A DNA stretch of 64,000 bases from Bacteroidia bacterium (GTDB lineage Bacteria; Bacteroidota; Bacteroidia; NS11-12g; UBA955): the NCBI GenBank assembly GCA_038317095.1, contig JBBQBB010000001.1, positions 64,011 to 128,010 of the forward strand, read 5' to 3'. Numbering within the stretch: position 1 is the stretch's first letter; every line of letters starts with the position of its first letter. The notes beneath the pieces are model-generated. The model was not told where the DNA came from and made no database searches. It was given only the letters and a program-made list of their open reading frames with translations. Positions 9,079 to 19,311 of the stretch are shown here, piece after piece. Position numbers and translations under genes: made by a program.

Positions 9079-10173
9079 ATGGTTGTAAATCATGCACAAT
9101 TACAAAATTGGGTAAGCCAGATTTTTATAAAAAATGGATTTAGCCAAGAAGACTCCAATTGTTGCGCAGAAGTTTTGGTGCATGCCGACCTGCGCGGGAT
9201 AGACAGTCATGGAGTTGCGCGACTTAGCGGTTATTTAAGGTTAATAAAGGACGGAAGAATAAATCCAAAACCAAATTTTAAAATCGTGCGTGAGACCCCA
9301 TCCACAGCAACTTTAGATGCAGATGCCGGTATAGGTCTGGTATCGGCACCTTATGCCATGAAACTGGCAATTGAGAAGGCCAAAATTGCAGGTAGTGGAT
9401 GGGTGGCAATTGCCAATAGCAATCATTTTGGTATTGCCGGACACCACACGTTAATGGCAGCCGCGCAAAATATGATAGGCTATGCAATCACAAATGCAAG
9501 CCCATTGGTTACTCCTGCATTGGGTGCAGAACGAATGCTAGGCACAAACCCTATATGCTATGCCATACCGGCGGGCGATGAACCAACCTTTGTTTTAGAT
9601 ATGGCTACCTCAGCGGCAAGCAATGGAAAACTAGAAATTGCCGAGAGGGCCGAAAAACAAATTCCAGAAGGGTGGCTGGTTAACAAAGATGGCTCACCGA
9701 GCACCAATCCCGGTGAATTGAAAAATGGAGGTATGGTTCTAACATTAGGAAGTGATATGGCACATGGCAGCTACAAAGGGTACGGATTAAGTGCCATGGT
9801 TGACATATTTAGTGGGGTATTAAGTGGTGCCAATTATGGACCATGGGTGCCCCCGTTTGTTTCATTTCTAAATCCCCTTGAAAACTCACCTGGCAAAGGC
9901 ATCGGCCACTTTGTAGGTGCTTGGCGGGTGGATGGATTCAGAGATATTCAAGAATTTAAAGACAATATGGACATTTGGATTCGAAGATTTCGACAAACCA
10001 TTCCCAATGAACCAAATCACCCTGTTCAAATACCAGGCGATAACGAACGCTTGGAAGCAGAAAAACGCAGGCTTAATGGAGTTCCGTTGGTAAAAAAAGT
10101 TTGGGACGACCTTATCTCCATTGGCTATGAATTTGAAAATCCAATAAACCAATATGCAGAACCAACAACGTAA
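9079..10173 (+). CDS. Ldh_2 family (malate/L-lactate/ureidoglycolate dehydrogenase type 2) oxidoreductase
   Basis: LVHADLRGIDSHGVARLSGYLRLIKDGRINP and NSNHFGIAGHH are typical of the Ldh_2 family. Confidence 0.85.
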   Translation: MVVNHAQLQNWVSQIFIKNGFSQEDSNCCAEVLVHADLRGIDSHGVARLSGYLRLIKDGRINPKPNFKIVRETPSTATLDADAGIGLVSAPYAMKLAIEKAKIAGSGWVAIANSNHFGIAGHHTLMAAAQNMIGYAITNASPLVTPALGAERMLGTNPICYAIPAGDEPTFVLDMATSAASNGKLEIAERAEKQIPEGWLVNKDGSPSTNPGELKNGGMVLTLGSDMAHGSYKGYGLSAMVDIFSGVLSGANYGPWVPPFVSFLNPLENSPGKGIGHFVGAWRVDGFRDIQEFKDNMDIWIRRFRQTIPNEPNHPVQIPGDNERLEAEKRRLNGVPLVKKVWDDLISIGYEFENPINQYAEPTT

Positions 10174-10372
10174 TAAACTCATTGTAGCGGTATGTTTTTT
10201 CACTATCTTAACTACAATAGCTGCATTTGCCTATGTAAAAATCATCAAACCAAATCGCTTGAGACATGAACAAAGTGGCCACAAATTAGAAATTAAAACC
10301 GGGTATAAAACCAAAATAAACCCCAGTATTATTGACAGCTTGATACAAGCGAAAAAAAAGCCGAACCCTTAA
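10154..10372 (+). CDS. Possible small single-pass membrane protein
   Basis: 72 aa ORF with one hydrophobic helix (LIVAVCFFTILTTIAAFAYV). It overlaps the preceding gene by 20 nt. No family was recognised. Confidence 0.3.
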   Translation: MQNQQRNKLIVAVCFFTILTTIAAFAYVKIIKPNRLRHEQSGHKLEIKTGYKTKINPSIIDSLIQAKKKPNP

Positions 10373-10382
10373 TGCTCCGGCT
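10352..10382 (-). terminator. Rho-independent terminator downstream of the PhnA-like gene
   Basis: On the minus strand, agccg-(13 nt)-cggct is followed by TTTTTTTT. Confidence 0.55.
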
Positions 10383-10410
10383 ATTATAAAAGTTTGGATA
10401 CCTAAACTTT

Positions 10411-10620
10411 TTAGGACTTTTTCACAAATTCAGTGCGTAATACCATAGCCATTTTATTCACCCTACAATCTATTTCTGCTGGATCATCTGTAAGTCGAAT
10501 TCCTTTCACAACCGTGCCTCTTTTCAAGGTTATACTGGAGCCTTTTACTTTTAAATCTTTAATTAATGTTACAGAATCTCCGTCTGATAATATATTTCCA
10601 TTGCTGTCTTTTACTTCCAT
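10411..10620 (-). CDS. PhnA/YjdM C-terminal-domain protein
   Basis: [52 protein letters not shown]...VLRTEFVKK matches the PhnA domain pattern. Confidence 0.85.
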   Translation of the reverse strand: MEVKDSNGNILSDGDSVTLIKDLKVKGSSITLKRGTVVKGIRLTDDPAEIDCRVNKMAMVLRTEFVKKS

Positions 10621-10659
10621 GTTTTGTAGTTTGTTATTTATTTACAAAATGGTTGCTTT

Positions 10660-11994
10660 TTAAGATTTTAACTTTTCTAAAATGAGTGAAGTCATGAATT
10701 CCTTGTTGCTAAGTTTATCTTCTAACTTTTCTCCAATAATGTAGTTGAGTAATTTGTCGTTTTTAGCTCCCATATCCAATGCATATTTGTATGAAGTTTT
10801 ACTAAAAGTCACCAATTCATACTGACTTTTAAAAATACCAGGATACAATTCTGTCAAATCATGTTCAATGTGTTTGCGGTGCCTAAATGCATCCGTACCT
10901 ACCAAATCGCGCATTTCCATAAAATTCTGAAGGGCCAAAGTGGCAATACTATCCGCATTGGGTTTGCGCGATTTTTGATATGCGTCCAATATTTGCGGCC
11001 AATTACCTGCGAACTCTTCTACCAACTCGTCTAACACCACACAGTCTTCAAAACAACAATTCATACCCTGCCCATAGAAAGGAACAACTGCATGGGCAGA
11101 ATCGCCAAGCAAGGCAGTGCGCCCTTTTACCCAAGGATAACAGCGAATTGTGGCTAAAGAACCTGTAGGATTTTCAAAAAAATCTTGGGTTAAGCCTGGC
11201 ATAAGCCCTGCCGCATCTCCAAAGTCACTGTTGAAAAAAGCGGTTACATCGTCTTTTGTCTTTAGAGATTCCAAACTTACTTCACCTTCCCACGGCATAA
11301 ACAAGGTGCAAGTAAAATTGCCACCTGGATTTGGCAATGCAATCATCATATAACTGCTGCGCGGCCAAATATGCAAACAATTTTTATTCATTTGAAACTC
11401 TCCCAATCCGTTGGGCGTAATTTCAAGTTCTTTATATCCAAAGTTTTCATACGTTTGTGAGTAAGAAAATCTGCTTGTCATAAATGCATCCCTCACTGCA
11501 CTAAATGCGCCATCGGTGCCTATCACAACATCTGCTTTATCTTCAACCTCGCTTCCGTTGGCATCTGTATACCGTGTTACGCCTTGTTCTGGGTCGCAAA
11601 AGGTGCATTTCATATCAAAAAATATATGAATGTTTGAATACGCATCTGCCAACTGAAGCAACTTTACGTTTAGCCCTCCTCTGGAAACTGAATAAATAGA
11701 CTGCCCATCTTTTCCATAAGGTTGATATGCAAGCTTTCCTTCTATATCGTGCATCATTCGGCCGTTCATAGGTATGGATATGTCCAAAATTTCTTTTTCA
11801 AGGCCTACCCTTTCAAGCCCTCTAATACCCCTGTCAGACAAAGCCAAATTTATACTTCTTCCACCCACGTAATCTCCTTTTCGCATATCAGGTCTGCGTT
11901 CATAAATATAAACATCATATCCCTTTCGGGCCAAATAAACAGCAAGCAAGCTTCCTGAAAGCCCACCACCAACCAATGTAATTTTTTCTGGCAT
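10660..11994 (-). CDS. kmo: Kynurenine 3-monooxygenase (FAD-dependent)
   Basis: N-terminal GGGLSGSLLAVYLARKGYDVYIYERRPD Rossmann motif. The LLGDSAHAVVPFYGQGMNCCFEDC motif and the length are typical of bacterial KMO. A TAAATTTG box lies 7 nt upstream. Confidence 0.9.
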   Translation of the reverse strand: MPEKITLVGGGLSGSLLAVYLARKGYDVYIYERRPDMRKGDYVGGRSINLALSDRGIRGLERVGLEKEILDISIPMNGRMMHDIEGKLAYQPYGKDGQSIYSVSRGGLNVKLLQLADAYSNIHIFFDMKCTFCDPEQGVTRYTDANGSEVEDKADVVIGTDGAFSAVRDAFMTSRFSYSQTYENFGYKELEITPNGLGEFQMNKNCLHIWPRSSYMMIALPNPGGNFTCTLFMPWEGEVSLESLKTKDDVTAFFNSDFGDAAGLMPGLTQDFFENPTGSLATIRCYPWVKGRTALLGDSAHAVVPFYGQGMNCCFEDCVVLDELVEEFAGNWPQILDAYQKSRKPNADSIATLALQNFMEMRDLVGTDAFRHRKHIEHDLTELYPGIFKSQYELVTFSKTSYKYALDMGAKNDKLLNYIIGEKLEDKLSNKEFMTSLILEKLKS

Positions 11995-12059
11995 CTTGCC
12001 GCAAATTTAAGCAGGAAATGTATTTGGAATATTTCTAAAAAAGCAGTCACTTTGCAAAG

Positions 12060-12674
12060 TTGCTCACACCTTTTAAAATACCCCGCATATTCACCCATCT
12101 ATATCCGTCTTTTGAATGGCAAATAACCACCCTTTCAAAGGTGATATATCTAACTTTTGACGATGGGCCAAACCCTATAGTTACCTCTTGGGTGATAGAA
12201 GAATTGGAAAAATACAAAGCCAAAGCTACATTTTTTTGTGTGGGCCAAAATGCGTCAAATTATCCTTTTGTTATCCAAAAATTATTGGAGAATGGCCACC
12301 GCATAGGAAATCATACATACAATCACCTAAAAGGTTGGAGTGTTGAAAATGATGCATACATTGCAAATGTGAAGCAGGCAATCCCAGTAACCAGCGAAAT
12401 TTTATTTCGTCCACCCTATGGCAGAATAAAAAGAAAACAGGCAGCAACATTAAAATCGCAAGGATTTAGAATTATCATGTGGAGTTTGCTTAGCTGCGAC
12501 TATTTAAAAAACTTGAACGTTCAAAAAAGTTTGAATGCACTAATACACAATGCCAAGGCGGGATCTATAGTTGTTTTTCATGATAGCGACAAGGCTTTTG
12601 AAAATATGAAACGCATTTTACCTCCCTTTTTAAAAGAAATGACCACCAGGGGTTATAGTTTCGACACACTTTAA
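12060..12674 (+). CDS. Polysaccharide deacetylase (NodB homology) family protein
   Basis: YLTFDDGPNP and GNHTYNH motifs. TTG is the first start after the in-frame stop at 12036. Confidence 0.8.
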   Translation: MLTPFKIPRIFTHLYPSFEWQITTLSKVIYLTFDDGPNPIVTSWVIEELEKYKAKATFFCVGQNASNYPFVIQKLLENGHRIGNHTYNHLKGWSVENDAYIANVKQAIPVTSEILFRPPYGRIKRKQAATLKSQGFRIIMWSLLSCDYLKNLNVQKSLNALIHNAKAGSIVVFHDSDKAFENMKRILPPFLKEMTTRGYSFDTL

Positions 12675-13765
12675 TGCTTGCATTGGTTCCCTTCCTTTTG
12701 GCATATTTAGCGTTGCAGATTTGGCAAACCGCAGTGCTTTTTAAATATTCCGATAAATTACAAGCAGAGCCCGCAACATGGCCAGAAATTACCATTATGG
12801 TTGCTGCCAGAAATGAGGAAGCCAATTTGGAAAAATGTCTGAAAGCCTTGTGCGATTTGCAATATCCCAAAGACAAAGTTAAGATCCTCATCGGAAACGA
12901 TCAAAGCACGGATAGAACCCAACCTATTGCCTTGCTCTTTCAAAGCAACTATGAAAATATTAAGTTAATTGATATTAAAGACGATCTCACAGGATTGAAA
13001 GCCAAAGCAAGGGTAATGGCTCAATTAGATAAGCATGCAACTGGGGAATTCTATTTGGTTACGGACGCAGATGTAGTTGTAAAACCAACTTGGGCTTCCA
13101 CCATGGTTAGGCATATGGATTCTATTACAGGAGTAGCCAGTGGAACAACCATGGTTACAGGGAACCAAATTGGAGATCAAATGCAAGGCATTGACTGGGC
13201 TTACTTTATGGGTTTGTTAAACGTAATATCTTACAGTGGCGTGCCGGCTACTGCTGTAGGCAATAATATGATAATTAGGGCTGATGCTTATTGGCAAACA
13301 GGCGGTTATGGGAGAATTAAGTTTTCGATTACTGAGGATTATAAATTGTATGACGAGGTATGTAAATTGGGATGGAGATGGAACAACATTATGACCCCAG
13401 AAGTTCTAGCCTATTCAAAAGCCACCATTGGGTTATTGCCATTGTTGCACCAGCGAAAAAGATGGTTAAGTGGGGGTAGAGATTTGCCTTGGTATTGGTG
13501 GATTTTCTTTGGAGTTTTTGGGTTGTACTATTTTTTGTTACCCATTGCTATGGTGCTCTATCCTTTAGTCACGATTCCCATTGCCTTGGCTAAATTTACC
13601 TTGCAAAACATACAGATTGCACGAATATTTAAGTGTGTAGATGAGCCCAAGCCATCCATTCTCAAGCTGTTGATATATGAATTTTATTTATTTGCAATTA
13701 CAATTCTCACCGCCCTTTTTTCAATTTCTCCCTTAAAAACAATTTGGAAAGGCAGAAAATACTAA
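12674..13765 (+). CDS. Family 2 glycosyltransferase, membrane-anchored
   Basis: VAARNEEANLEKCLKALCDLQYP, TDADVVV and QRKRW-type motifs, plus C-terminal TM helices. The ATG overlaps the upstream stop (TAATG). Confidence 0.85.
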   Translation: MLALVPFLLAYLALQIWQTAVLFKYSDKLQAEPATWPEITIMVAARNEEANLEKCLKALCDLQYPKDKVKILIGNDQSTDRTQPIALLFQSNYENIKLIDIKDDLTGLKAKARVMAQLDKHATGEFYLVTDADVVVKPTWASTMVRHMDSITGVASGTTMVTGNQIGDQMQGIDWAYFMGLLNVISYSGVPATAVGNNMIIRADAYWQTGGYGRIKFSITEDYKLYDEVCKLGWRWNNIMTPEVLAYSKATIGLLPLLHQRKRWLSGGRDLPWYWWIFFGVFGLYYFLLPIAMVLYPLVTIPIALAKFTLQNIQIARIFKCVDEPKPSILKLLIYEFYLFAITILTALFSISPLKTIWKGRKY

Positions 13766-13927
13766 ATCCAAAATATTTCCAGATATATTTGTAATCTATT
13801 GATATACTATAATTTAAAACATGTATTTTGAACCAATATATCTACTTTAGAATATATTTTATGATTTATTAACAAAAAACATTTGCATTTAACTTCTAAA
13901 AGGATTTATTTTGTACCAAATTCAAGT

Positions 13928-14596
13928 ATGAAATTTGGAAAACTTACAGCCTTAGCATTGGCAGGAGCCCTAACATTTGCAGCATGCAAATACGAAGAAG
14001 GCCCACGCATGTCTCTTAGATCAAAGCGCGACCGCGTATCAAACGAATGGAAGGTAGTTAAACTAACCTCTAATGATTCAAACATTATTGCTTCTGTGAA
14101 CCCTACGTATCAGTATTTTGATGTTCAACTAGAGGACACCGTTACTTACAATTTTCAGTGGGTGCTAAATCTCATGCGCACCGGAGCTTACACTTGTGAG
14201 TTGTTGTTGGTTACAAAAGATGCTAATGGAAATGAAAGTTACATTTCTAATCTTTCAGCACATGGACCTGACAATGCGGGAAATGAAAGAGCTGGCTTTA
14301 CTTGGCTTCCAGGTATGAGTGCTGCGTTTATCTTATCCACAGTTTCAAACTTGCCTGCACCCTATAAATACATTCGGCCCAACGGCAAATGGTCATTTGA
14401 CAAAGGCCACTACAAAATTCAGGTTAAACCAGATTTAGGTTATGTTTATAACGAAAACGGCACTGGCAAAAACACATTGGATTGGACCATTGTGAAACTT
14501 GCAGAAAAAGCAATGAAATTGAAAGGTTTGGATGAAAATGACAAACCTTGGGCTATGGAACTAAAATCCATCAACAAAGAGAATTACTTCTATTAA
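13928..14596 (+). CDS. Hypothetical lipoprotein
   Basis: MKFGKLTALALAGALTFAAC lipoprotein signal. Start set at ATG 13928 within the 13883 ORF. Confidence 0.7.
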   Translation: MKFGKLTALALAGALTFAACKYEEGPRMSLRSKRDRVSNEWKVVKLTSNDSNIIASVNPTYQYFDVQLEDTVTYNFQWVLNLMRTGAYTCELLLVTKDANGNESYISNLSAHGPDNAGNERAGFTWLPGMSAAFILSTVSNLPAPYKYIRPNGKWSFDKGHYKIQVKPDLGYVYNENGTGKNTLDWTIVKLAEKAMKLKGLDENDKPWAMELKSINKENYFY

Positions 14597-14611
14597 TAGA
14601 AATAAAAATAT

Positions 14612-14642
14612 AAAAAAGCCCTGGAAATCCAGGGCTTTTTTT
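14612..14642 (+). terminator. Rho-independent terminator
   Basis: gccctgg-aaat-ccagggc followed by a T run. Confidence 0.8.
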
Positions 14643-14680
14643 ATTTACACCCAATTCTGTATTAATTTGCACCACAATTG

Positions 14681-15370
14681 ATGAACATTTTACAAGACGA
14701 TTATAATACCCAAAGGCCTCCCATGGCAATCTCTGAATATGGCAGGATAGTTCTTGATTATATAAACCATATAAAAACCTTACCCGAAAAAGCCAAAAGG
14801 ACTGAATGGTGTCATTCTTTAATCCTCGTAATGGCTACTTTAAACCCAGAGGTTAAGGTACAAACCAATTACATAGAAAAGCTGTGGGATTTTCTATTTC
14901 GCATCGCAGATTACGATTTGGACGTAGATTCGCCATTCCCGCCACCCTTGCCTGAGGAACAGTTAAAAAAGCCGGATACCATTGGATACAATGATTCAGT
15001 CATTAAATTTAGATTCTACGGTCGGAATTTACAAAATATGGTAGATAAGGCTTCAGAAATGGAAGACCAAGCTCTTAGGCAAAATTTGGTGAATTTAATT
15101 GCTTCCTTTATGTACAACAGTTGTAAAAGTTGGAACAATGAAAACCTAAGCAACGAAACGATTGCTGAACATTTAAAAACTTTATCTAAAGGCAAGTTGG
15201 TATTGGCAAGCGACGAATTTGTGGTTTCTCAAGACAACTCACAGCCTAGAAAGTTCTTTAAACGCCCAAACAACAACGCTGGAAATAATGGTGGCAATAG
15301 AAATAACAAAAGCAGCAGCAGCAACAACAATAAGTTTAACCGAGGCAAAGGTGGGTTTAAAAGATATTAA
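14681..15370 (+). CDS. DUF4290 domain protein with N/S/G-rich basic tail
   Basis: The pattern YNTQRPPMAISEYGRIVLDYINHI... and the position directly upstream of murA are typical of DUF4290 in Bacteroidota. Confidence 0.8.
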   Translation: MNILQDDYNTQRPPMAISEYGRIVLDYINHIKTLPEKAKRTEWCHSLILVMATLNPEVKVQTNYIEKLWDFLFRIADYDLDVDSPFPPPLPEEQLKKPDTIGYNDSVIKFRFYGRNLQNMVDKASEMEDQALRQNLVNLIASFMYNSCKSWNNENLSNETIAEHLKTLSKGKLVLASDEFVVSQDNSQPRKFFKRPNNNAGNNGGNRNNKSSSSNNNKFNRGKGGFKRY

Positions 15371-15375
15371 TCAAA

Positions 15376-16686
15376 ATGTCTGAATTTATCATTGAGGGCG
15401 GTTTAAAATTAAAAGGTGAATTAACACCACAGGGTGCCAAAAACGAAGCTTTACAGGTTATCTGCGCTACGCTGCTCACCGCAGATATTGTAACAATTGA
15501 GCATATTCCAGAGATTCGAGATGTTCTAAAGCTCATTGATTTATTGGGTGAGTTGGGTGTGAAGATAGAACGGATGGAACGTGGACATTTTCAATTTCAA
15601 GCCAGTAAAATTGACTTAAACTATTTAGACAGTGCCGACTTTAAGAAAAAAGGCGCTGCATTGCGCGGGTCTATTATGATTGTAGGGCCTTTGCTCGCCC
15701 GGTTTGGCAAAGGTTATATTCCAAGTCCAGGTGGTGACAAGATTGGCAGACGCAGGGTTGACACGCATTTTGAAGGTTTTGCCGCTTTGGGCGCCAAATT
15801 TGAATTTCTGCCTGAAGAAAACTTTTACCGGGTTCATGGCGATTCTTTAACTGGCGCAAATATGCTACTAGACGAAGCCTCTGTTACTGGAACTGCAAAT
15901 ATTATTATGGCGGCAGTTCTTGCCAATGGTGTTACACAAATTAACAATGCTGCATGTGAACCGTATATACAACAATTATGTGCAATGCTTAACAGTATGG
16001 GCGCAAAAATCGCAGGCATTGGATCCAATGTACTCCAAATTCAGGGAGTTCATAGTTTAAAAGGTTGCAATCACAGGTGTTTGCCAGATATGATTGAAAT
16101 AGGCAGCTTCATTGGCATGGCAGCCATTACCCAAAGTGAAATTACCCTAAAAAATTGTAGGGTTGACATGCTCGGTATTATTCCAAGAACATTTCAGCGA
16201 TTGGGCATAAAATTAGAAATCATTGGAGACGATATCTATATCCCTGCAAATAAGCATTATGAAATTGATACTTTTATTGACGGATCTATATTAACCATCT
16301 CTGATCAAATATGGCCAGGATTTACACCAGACCTAATATCTATTGCATTGGTTACGGCTACGCAAGCCAGAGGTACTGTTTTAATTCACCAAAAAATGTT
16401 TGAAAGCAGGCTTTTCTTCGTTGACAATCTCATCGACATGGGGGCCCAAATTATTCTATGCGACCCTCACCGTGCTACAGTTATTGGATTAGACCACAGA
16501 ACCCAGTTGAAAGGAATTACTATGTCTAGCCCTGACATCCGCGCTGGGGTAGCTTTGTTAATTGCAGCTATGAGTGCCAAAGGCAAGAGCACCATTCGCA
16601 ATATTGAACAAATAGACCGTGGCTATGAACGTATCGAAGAAAGATTGAATTCAATAGGGGCAAACATAGTTAGGGTAGACAGTTAA
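15376..16686 (+). CDS. murA: UDP-N-acetylglucosamine 1-carboxyvinyltransferase
   Basis: Full-length MurA pattern (GGLKLKGELTPQGAKNEALQVICATLL..., PGGDKIGRRRVDTH, IDRGYERIEERL). Confidence 0.95.
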   Translation: MSEFIIEGGLKLKGELTPQGAKNEALQVICATLLTADIVTIEHIPEIRDVLKLIDLLGELGVKIERMERGHFQFQASKIDLNYLDSADFKKKGAALRGSIMIVGPLLARFGKGYIPSPGGDKIGRRRVDTHFEGFAALGAKFEFLPEENFYRVHGDSLTGANMLLDEASVTGTANIIMAAVLANGVTQINNAACEPYIQQLCAMLNSMGAKIAGIGSNVLQIQGVHSLKGCNHRCLPDMIEIGSFIGMAAITQSEITLKNCRVDMLGIIPRTFQRLGIKLEIIGDDIYIPANKHYEIDTFIDGSILTISDQIWPGFTPDLISIALVTATQARGTVLIHQKMFESRLFFVDNLIDMGAQIILCDPHRATVIGLDHRTQLKGITMSSPDIRAGVALLIAAMSAKGKSTIRNIEQIDRGYERIEERLNSIGANIVRVDS

Positions 16687-16696
16687 ACCCAAAAGA

Positions 16697-16727
16697 AAAG
16701 CCGTCCTCATTGCTGAAGACGGCTTTT
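16697..16727. terminator. Bidirectional terminator between convergent murA and the T9SS cargo gene
   Basis: aaaagccgtc-(12 nt)-gacggctttt, with A/T runs on both sides. Confidence 0.7.
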
Positions 16728-16744
16728 CTACTGTTACAATTAAT

Positions 16745-18052
16745 TTATTTAATCAGCACTTTGCCCGATCCGCTAAAATCAGCGGCAACTAGGCTGTAGG
16801 TATAAATACCTGCGCTTAGGTTGCTGGTTTCAAATGAAACTTCATTTACACCTGCTGCATATTTTTTTGCAATGGTGCGCACAACTTGTCCGTTTACATT
16901 GGTTAAACGAATTTCAACATTGCCTGCATTTGTAAGCTTAAATGGCACATGTAAAGAATTTCCACTTACGGTTGGGTTTGGATATGCACTTCCTAGTCCT
17001 GTTCCTTCCATTTTGTTTACATCTAAAGTTTCCGTGCTAACCAAAAAGTCGATTGCAGGGAATCCATTGCTTGCAGAATAGAAAGATGGGAAAAAATAAT
17101 CTACAGCACCTAGGCCATAACGCGCTTGCTGTTGTGCTTGAATACCATGGTTGTAAATTCTTTGTCCAGTAATTGGAGGCACGGTTGCATCTTCCACATA
17201 TTGTCCTGGATCGAAGTAGCTTAAAATACGAATGATGTTACAAGCTTTTGTTGCATTGTAATTTGCACCTGTATTGTAAAAAGCAACAGTATCGAAAGGG
17301 GCACCATGTTGGTAACCTTTATATCCAGAAACAAAGGATATTGCGCATCCATAATAATTGGCGCCTGTGTTGGCTCCGTTTACAATTTTGGTGCCCATAA
17401 CCGGAAGTTGAATGGTTCTGCTTCCACCAATTGTATCTGCTGGTGTCAACAATACTTTTTGCGTGTTGGCATTTGTACCTTTTGCGGTATATTTATTCCG
17501 TGTATAATCCACAGCTCCACCATAACTTGTTGTAAAACCGCGGCTAATAGAGGTTTTATCGTAAGTAGTAACATACAATGTATCTACCAAGTTAGGATCT
17601 GAGTTGAAACGCCTGTAAAAAAATTGAAAACGCAAAGAATCTACAGTATAGGTATTCCAGCGGCTGGTTTTAAAAGGACCTGCATCTGCCCAAAGGGTAC
17701 CACGTGGATCAAAAACAACACCCAATGAATTGATCGTCGTTGCAGATACCGAAGCTCCACCGCCAGATGCACTGTAAGATATATATGCATTTGTGTCTGG
17801 GAATATGGTCATATAACTGTAGTTGGCGTCGGTTCCAGCTTGGTATGCTTTCACAGCTTCGGACATTTCAAACCAAGAAGGACCTGTTGTAACTGCAGCA
17901 GGGTTATTGCCCCACGAGGTGGTTTTTGCCCTCAATTGAATTGCCTGTGCATCAGCAGGAACTGTTGCTGGCATTGTTGCTTTTGTGCCGGTAATCTGTG
18001 CGTTTGCCATCAAACTTACAGCGAAACCAGCTAAGATTAGTAATTTTTTCAT
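16745..18052 (-). CDS. Secreted protein with T9SS C-terminal sorting domain
   Basis: Signal peptide MKKLLILAGFAVSLMANAQ. C-terminus YPNPTVSGNSLHVPF...GIYTYSLVAADFSGSGKVLIK. Confidence 0.85.
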   Translation of the reverse strand: MKKLLILAGFAVSLMANAQITGTKATMPATVPADAQAIQLRAKTTSWGNNPAAVTTGPSWFEMSEAVKAYQAGTDANYSYMTIFPDTNAYISYSASGGGASVSATTINSLGVVFDPRGTLWADAGPFKTSRWNTYTVDSLRFQFFYRRFNSDPNLVDTLYVTTYDKTSISRGFTTSYGGAVDYTRNKYTAKGTNANTQKVLLTPADTIGGSRTIQLPVMGTKIVNGANTGANYYGCAISFVSGYKGYQHGAPFDTVAFYNTGANYNATKACNIIRILSYFDPGQYVEDATVPPITGQRIYNHGIQAQQQARYGLGAVDYFFPSFYSASNGFPAIDFLVSTETLDVNKMEGTGLGSAYPNPTVSGNSLHVPFKLTNAGNVEIRLTNVNGQVVRTIAKKYAAGVNEVSFETSNLSAGIYTYSLVAADFSGSGKVLIK

Positions 18053-18194
18053 TATAGTTATAGGTTTATTTTTTGGTTGTTTTATAAGGAATGCAAATAT
18101 ATGTCATAGCCTCGTATGGTACAAATTTACCTCAAATCTATACAAGACCCCTAACAATTAAGTATGGTTTTACAAACAAAGGACACAGAATCAT

Positions 18195-18893
18195 TTAAAT
18201 GTCACCAAATATGGGTCTAATTACAATTTCTTCCAACACCGCATTTTCATTCAGACTCCAAGCGGAGTAAATGGTTTCTGCAATATTGTCTGTGGTAATA
18301 AACCGCGTTGGCGGCAAATCTGTATTGCCCCAACTTTCCGTAAATGTGGCACCGGGCATAACTGCAGTAACACATATCCCATCTGCCATCAATTCTTGAC
18401 GCAAAACTTTGGTTAATCCCAAAAGGGCAAATTTAGAAATACAATAACTGCTTCCATTGGGGTATGCAGTAATACTTGCAATGGAGCACATATTAAATAT
18501 ATGCCTTCTTTTTCCATTCCTTATATCGGGAATTAAAGCTTGTGTAAGATAATAGGCCGAATTCAAATTCACGGCCATTTGCTTTTCGAATAAGCCATCG
18601 GGTTCAGTTTCTATAGTGCCAGGTGCATACATTCCTGCATTGTTAATCAATACATCACAACCCCCGAGAAAAGTTATCGCAGTTCTTGCAAAATGTTCGG
18701 CCTGTGTTTTTACAGATAAATCCGCAACGATGCCATATGCCGTAATTGCATATTCATTTTTTAAAAAGGTTTCAAACTCGGCAACTGCAATTGGATTGGT
18801 GCCACAAAAAGCAACGTTAAATCCATGACTAGCAAACTTCTTTGCAATGGCCCTTCCTATACCCCTAGTAGCTCCGCTAATTATTAGTCTCAT
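18195..18893 (-). CDS. SDR family oxidoreductase
   Basis: ISGATRGIGRAIA, NNAG and the S...YxxxK (YCISK) motifs. Confidence 0.9.
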   Translation of the reverse strand: MRLIISGATRGIGRAIAKKFASHGFNVAFCGTNPIAVAEFETFLKNEYAITAYGIVADLSVKTQAEHFARTAITFLGGCDVLINNAGMYAPGTIETEPDGLFEKQMAVNLNSAYYLTQALIPDIRNGKRRHIFNMCSIASITAYPNGSSYCISKFALLGLTKVLRQELMADGICVTAVMPGATFTESWGNTDLPPTRFITTDNIAETIYSAWSLNENAVLEEIVIRPIFGDI

Positions 18894-18917
18894 ATGGTTG
18901 AACGCGTCTATGCCTAT

Positions 18918-19304
18918 TCAATTCATTATATAGGGAAATTCCATAATAAACCGCGGAATCTCTACTTTGAATTGCTTGTTGTTGCCCAAATTCTTAAATA
19001 TATACCAGCCTTTCATGAAACCCATGGGTGTTTCAAACTCACAGCCACTGGTGTATTCAAAGGTCTCGCCATTTTCTAAAATTGGTGTTTCACCCACAAC
19101 ACCCTCACCACGCACAATTCGTACATTTGCCAGGCTATCTTTTATATACCATTCCCTTGAAAGGAGTTGAACTGTTTCTATTCCAAAGTTTTCCAACAGC
19201 ACGGTATACTTAAAAAAGAATTGGTTGTTTTCAGGAACGCTGAAATCCGCTTCATAGGCCGTAACTACCGAAACCTTAATGTTTTTTGTGATTGCGCTTA
19301 CCAA
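18918..19304 (-). CDS. apaG: ApaG (DUF525) protein
   Basis: YTVLLENFGIETVQLLSREWYIKD...RGEGVVGETPILENGETFEYTSGC matches the ApaG pattern. Confidence 0.9.
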   Translation of the reverse strand: MVSAITKNIKVSVVTAYEADFSVPENNQFFFKYTVLLENFGIETVQLLSREWYIKDSLANVRIVRGEGVVGETPILENGETFEYTSGCEFETPMGFMKGWYIFKNLGNNKQFKVEIPRFIMEFPYIMN

Positions 19305-19311
19305 AATTCAT

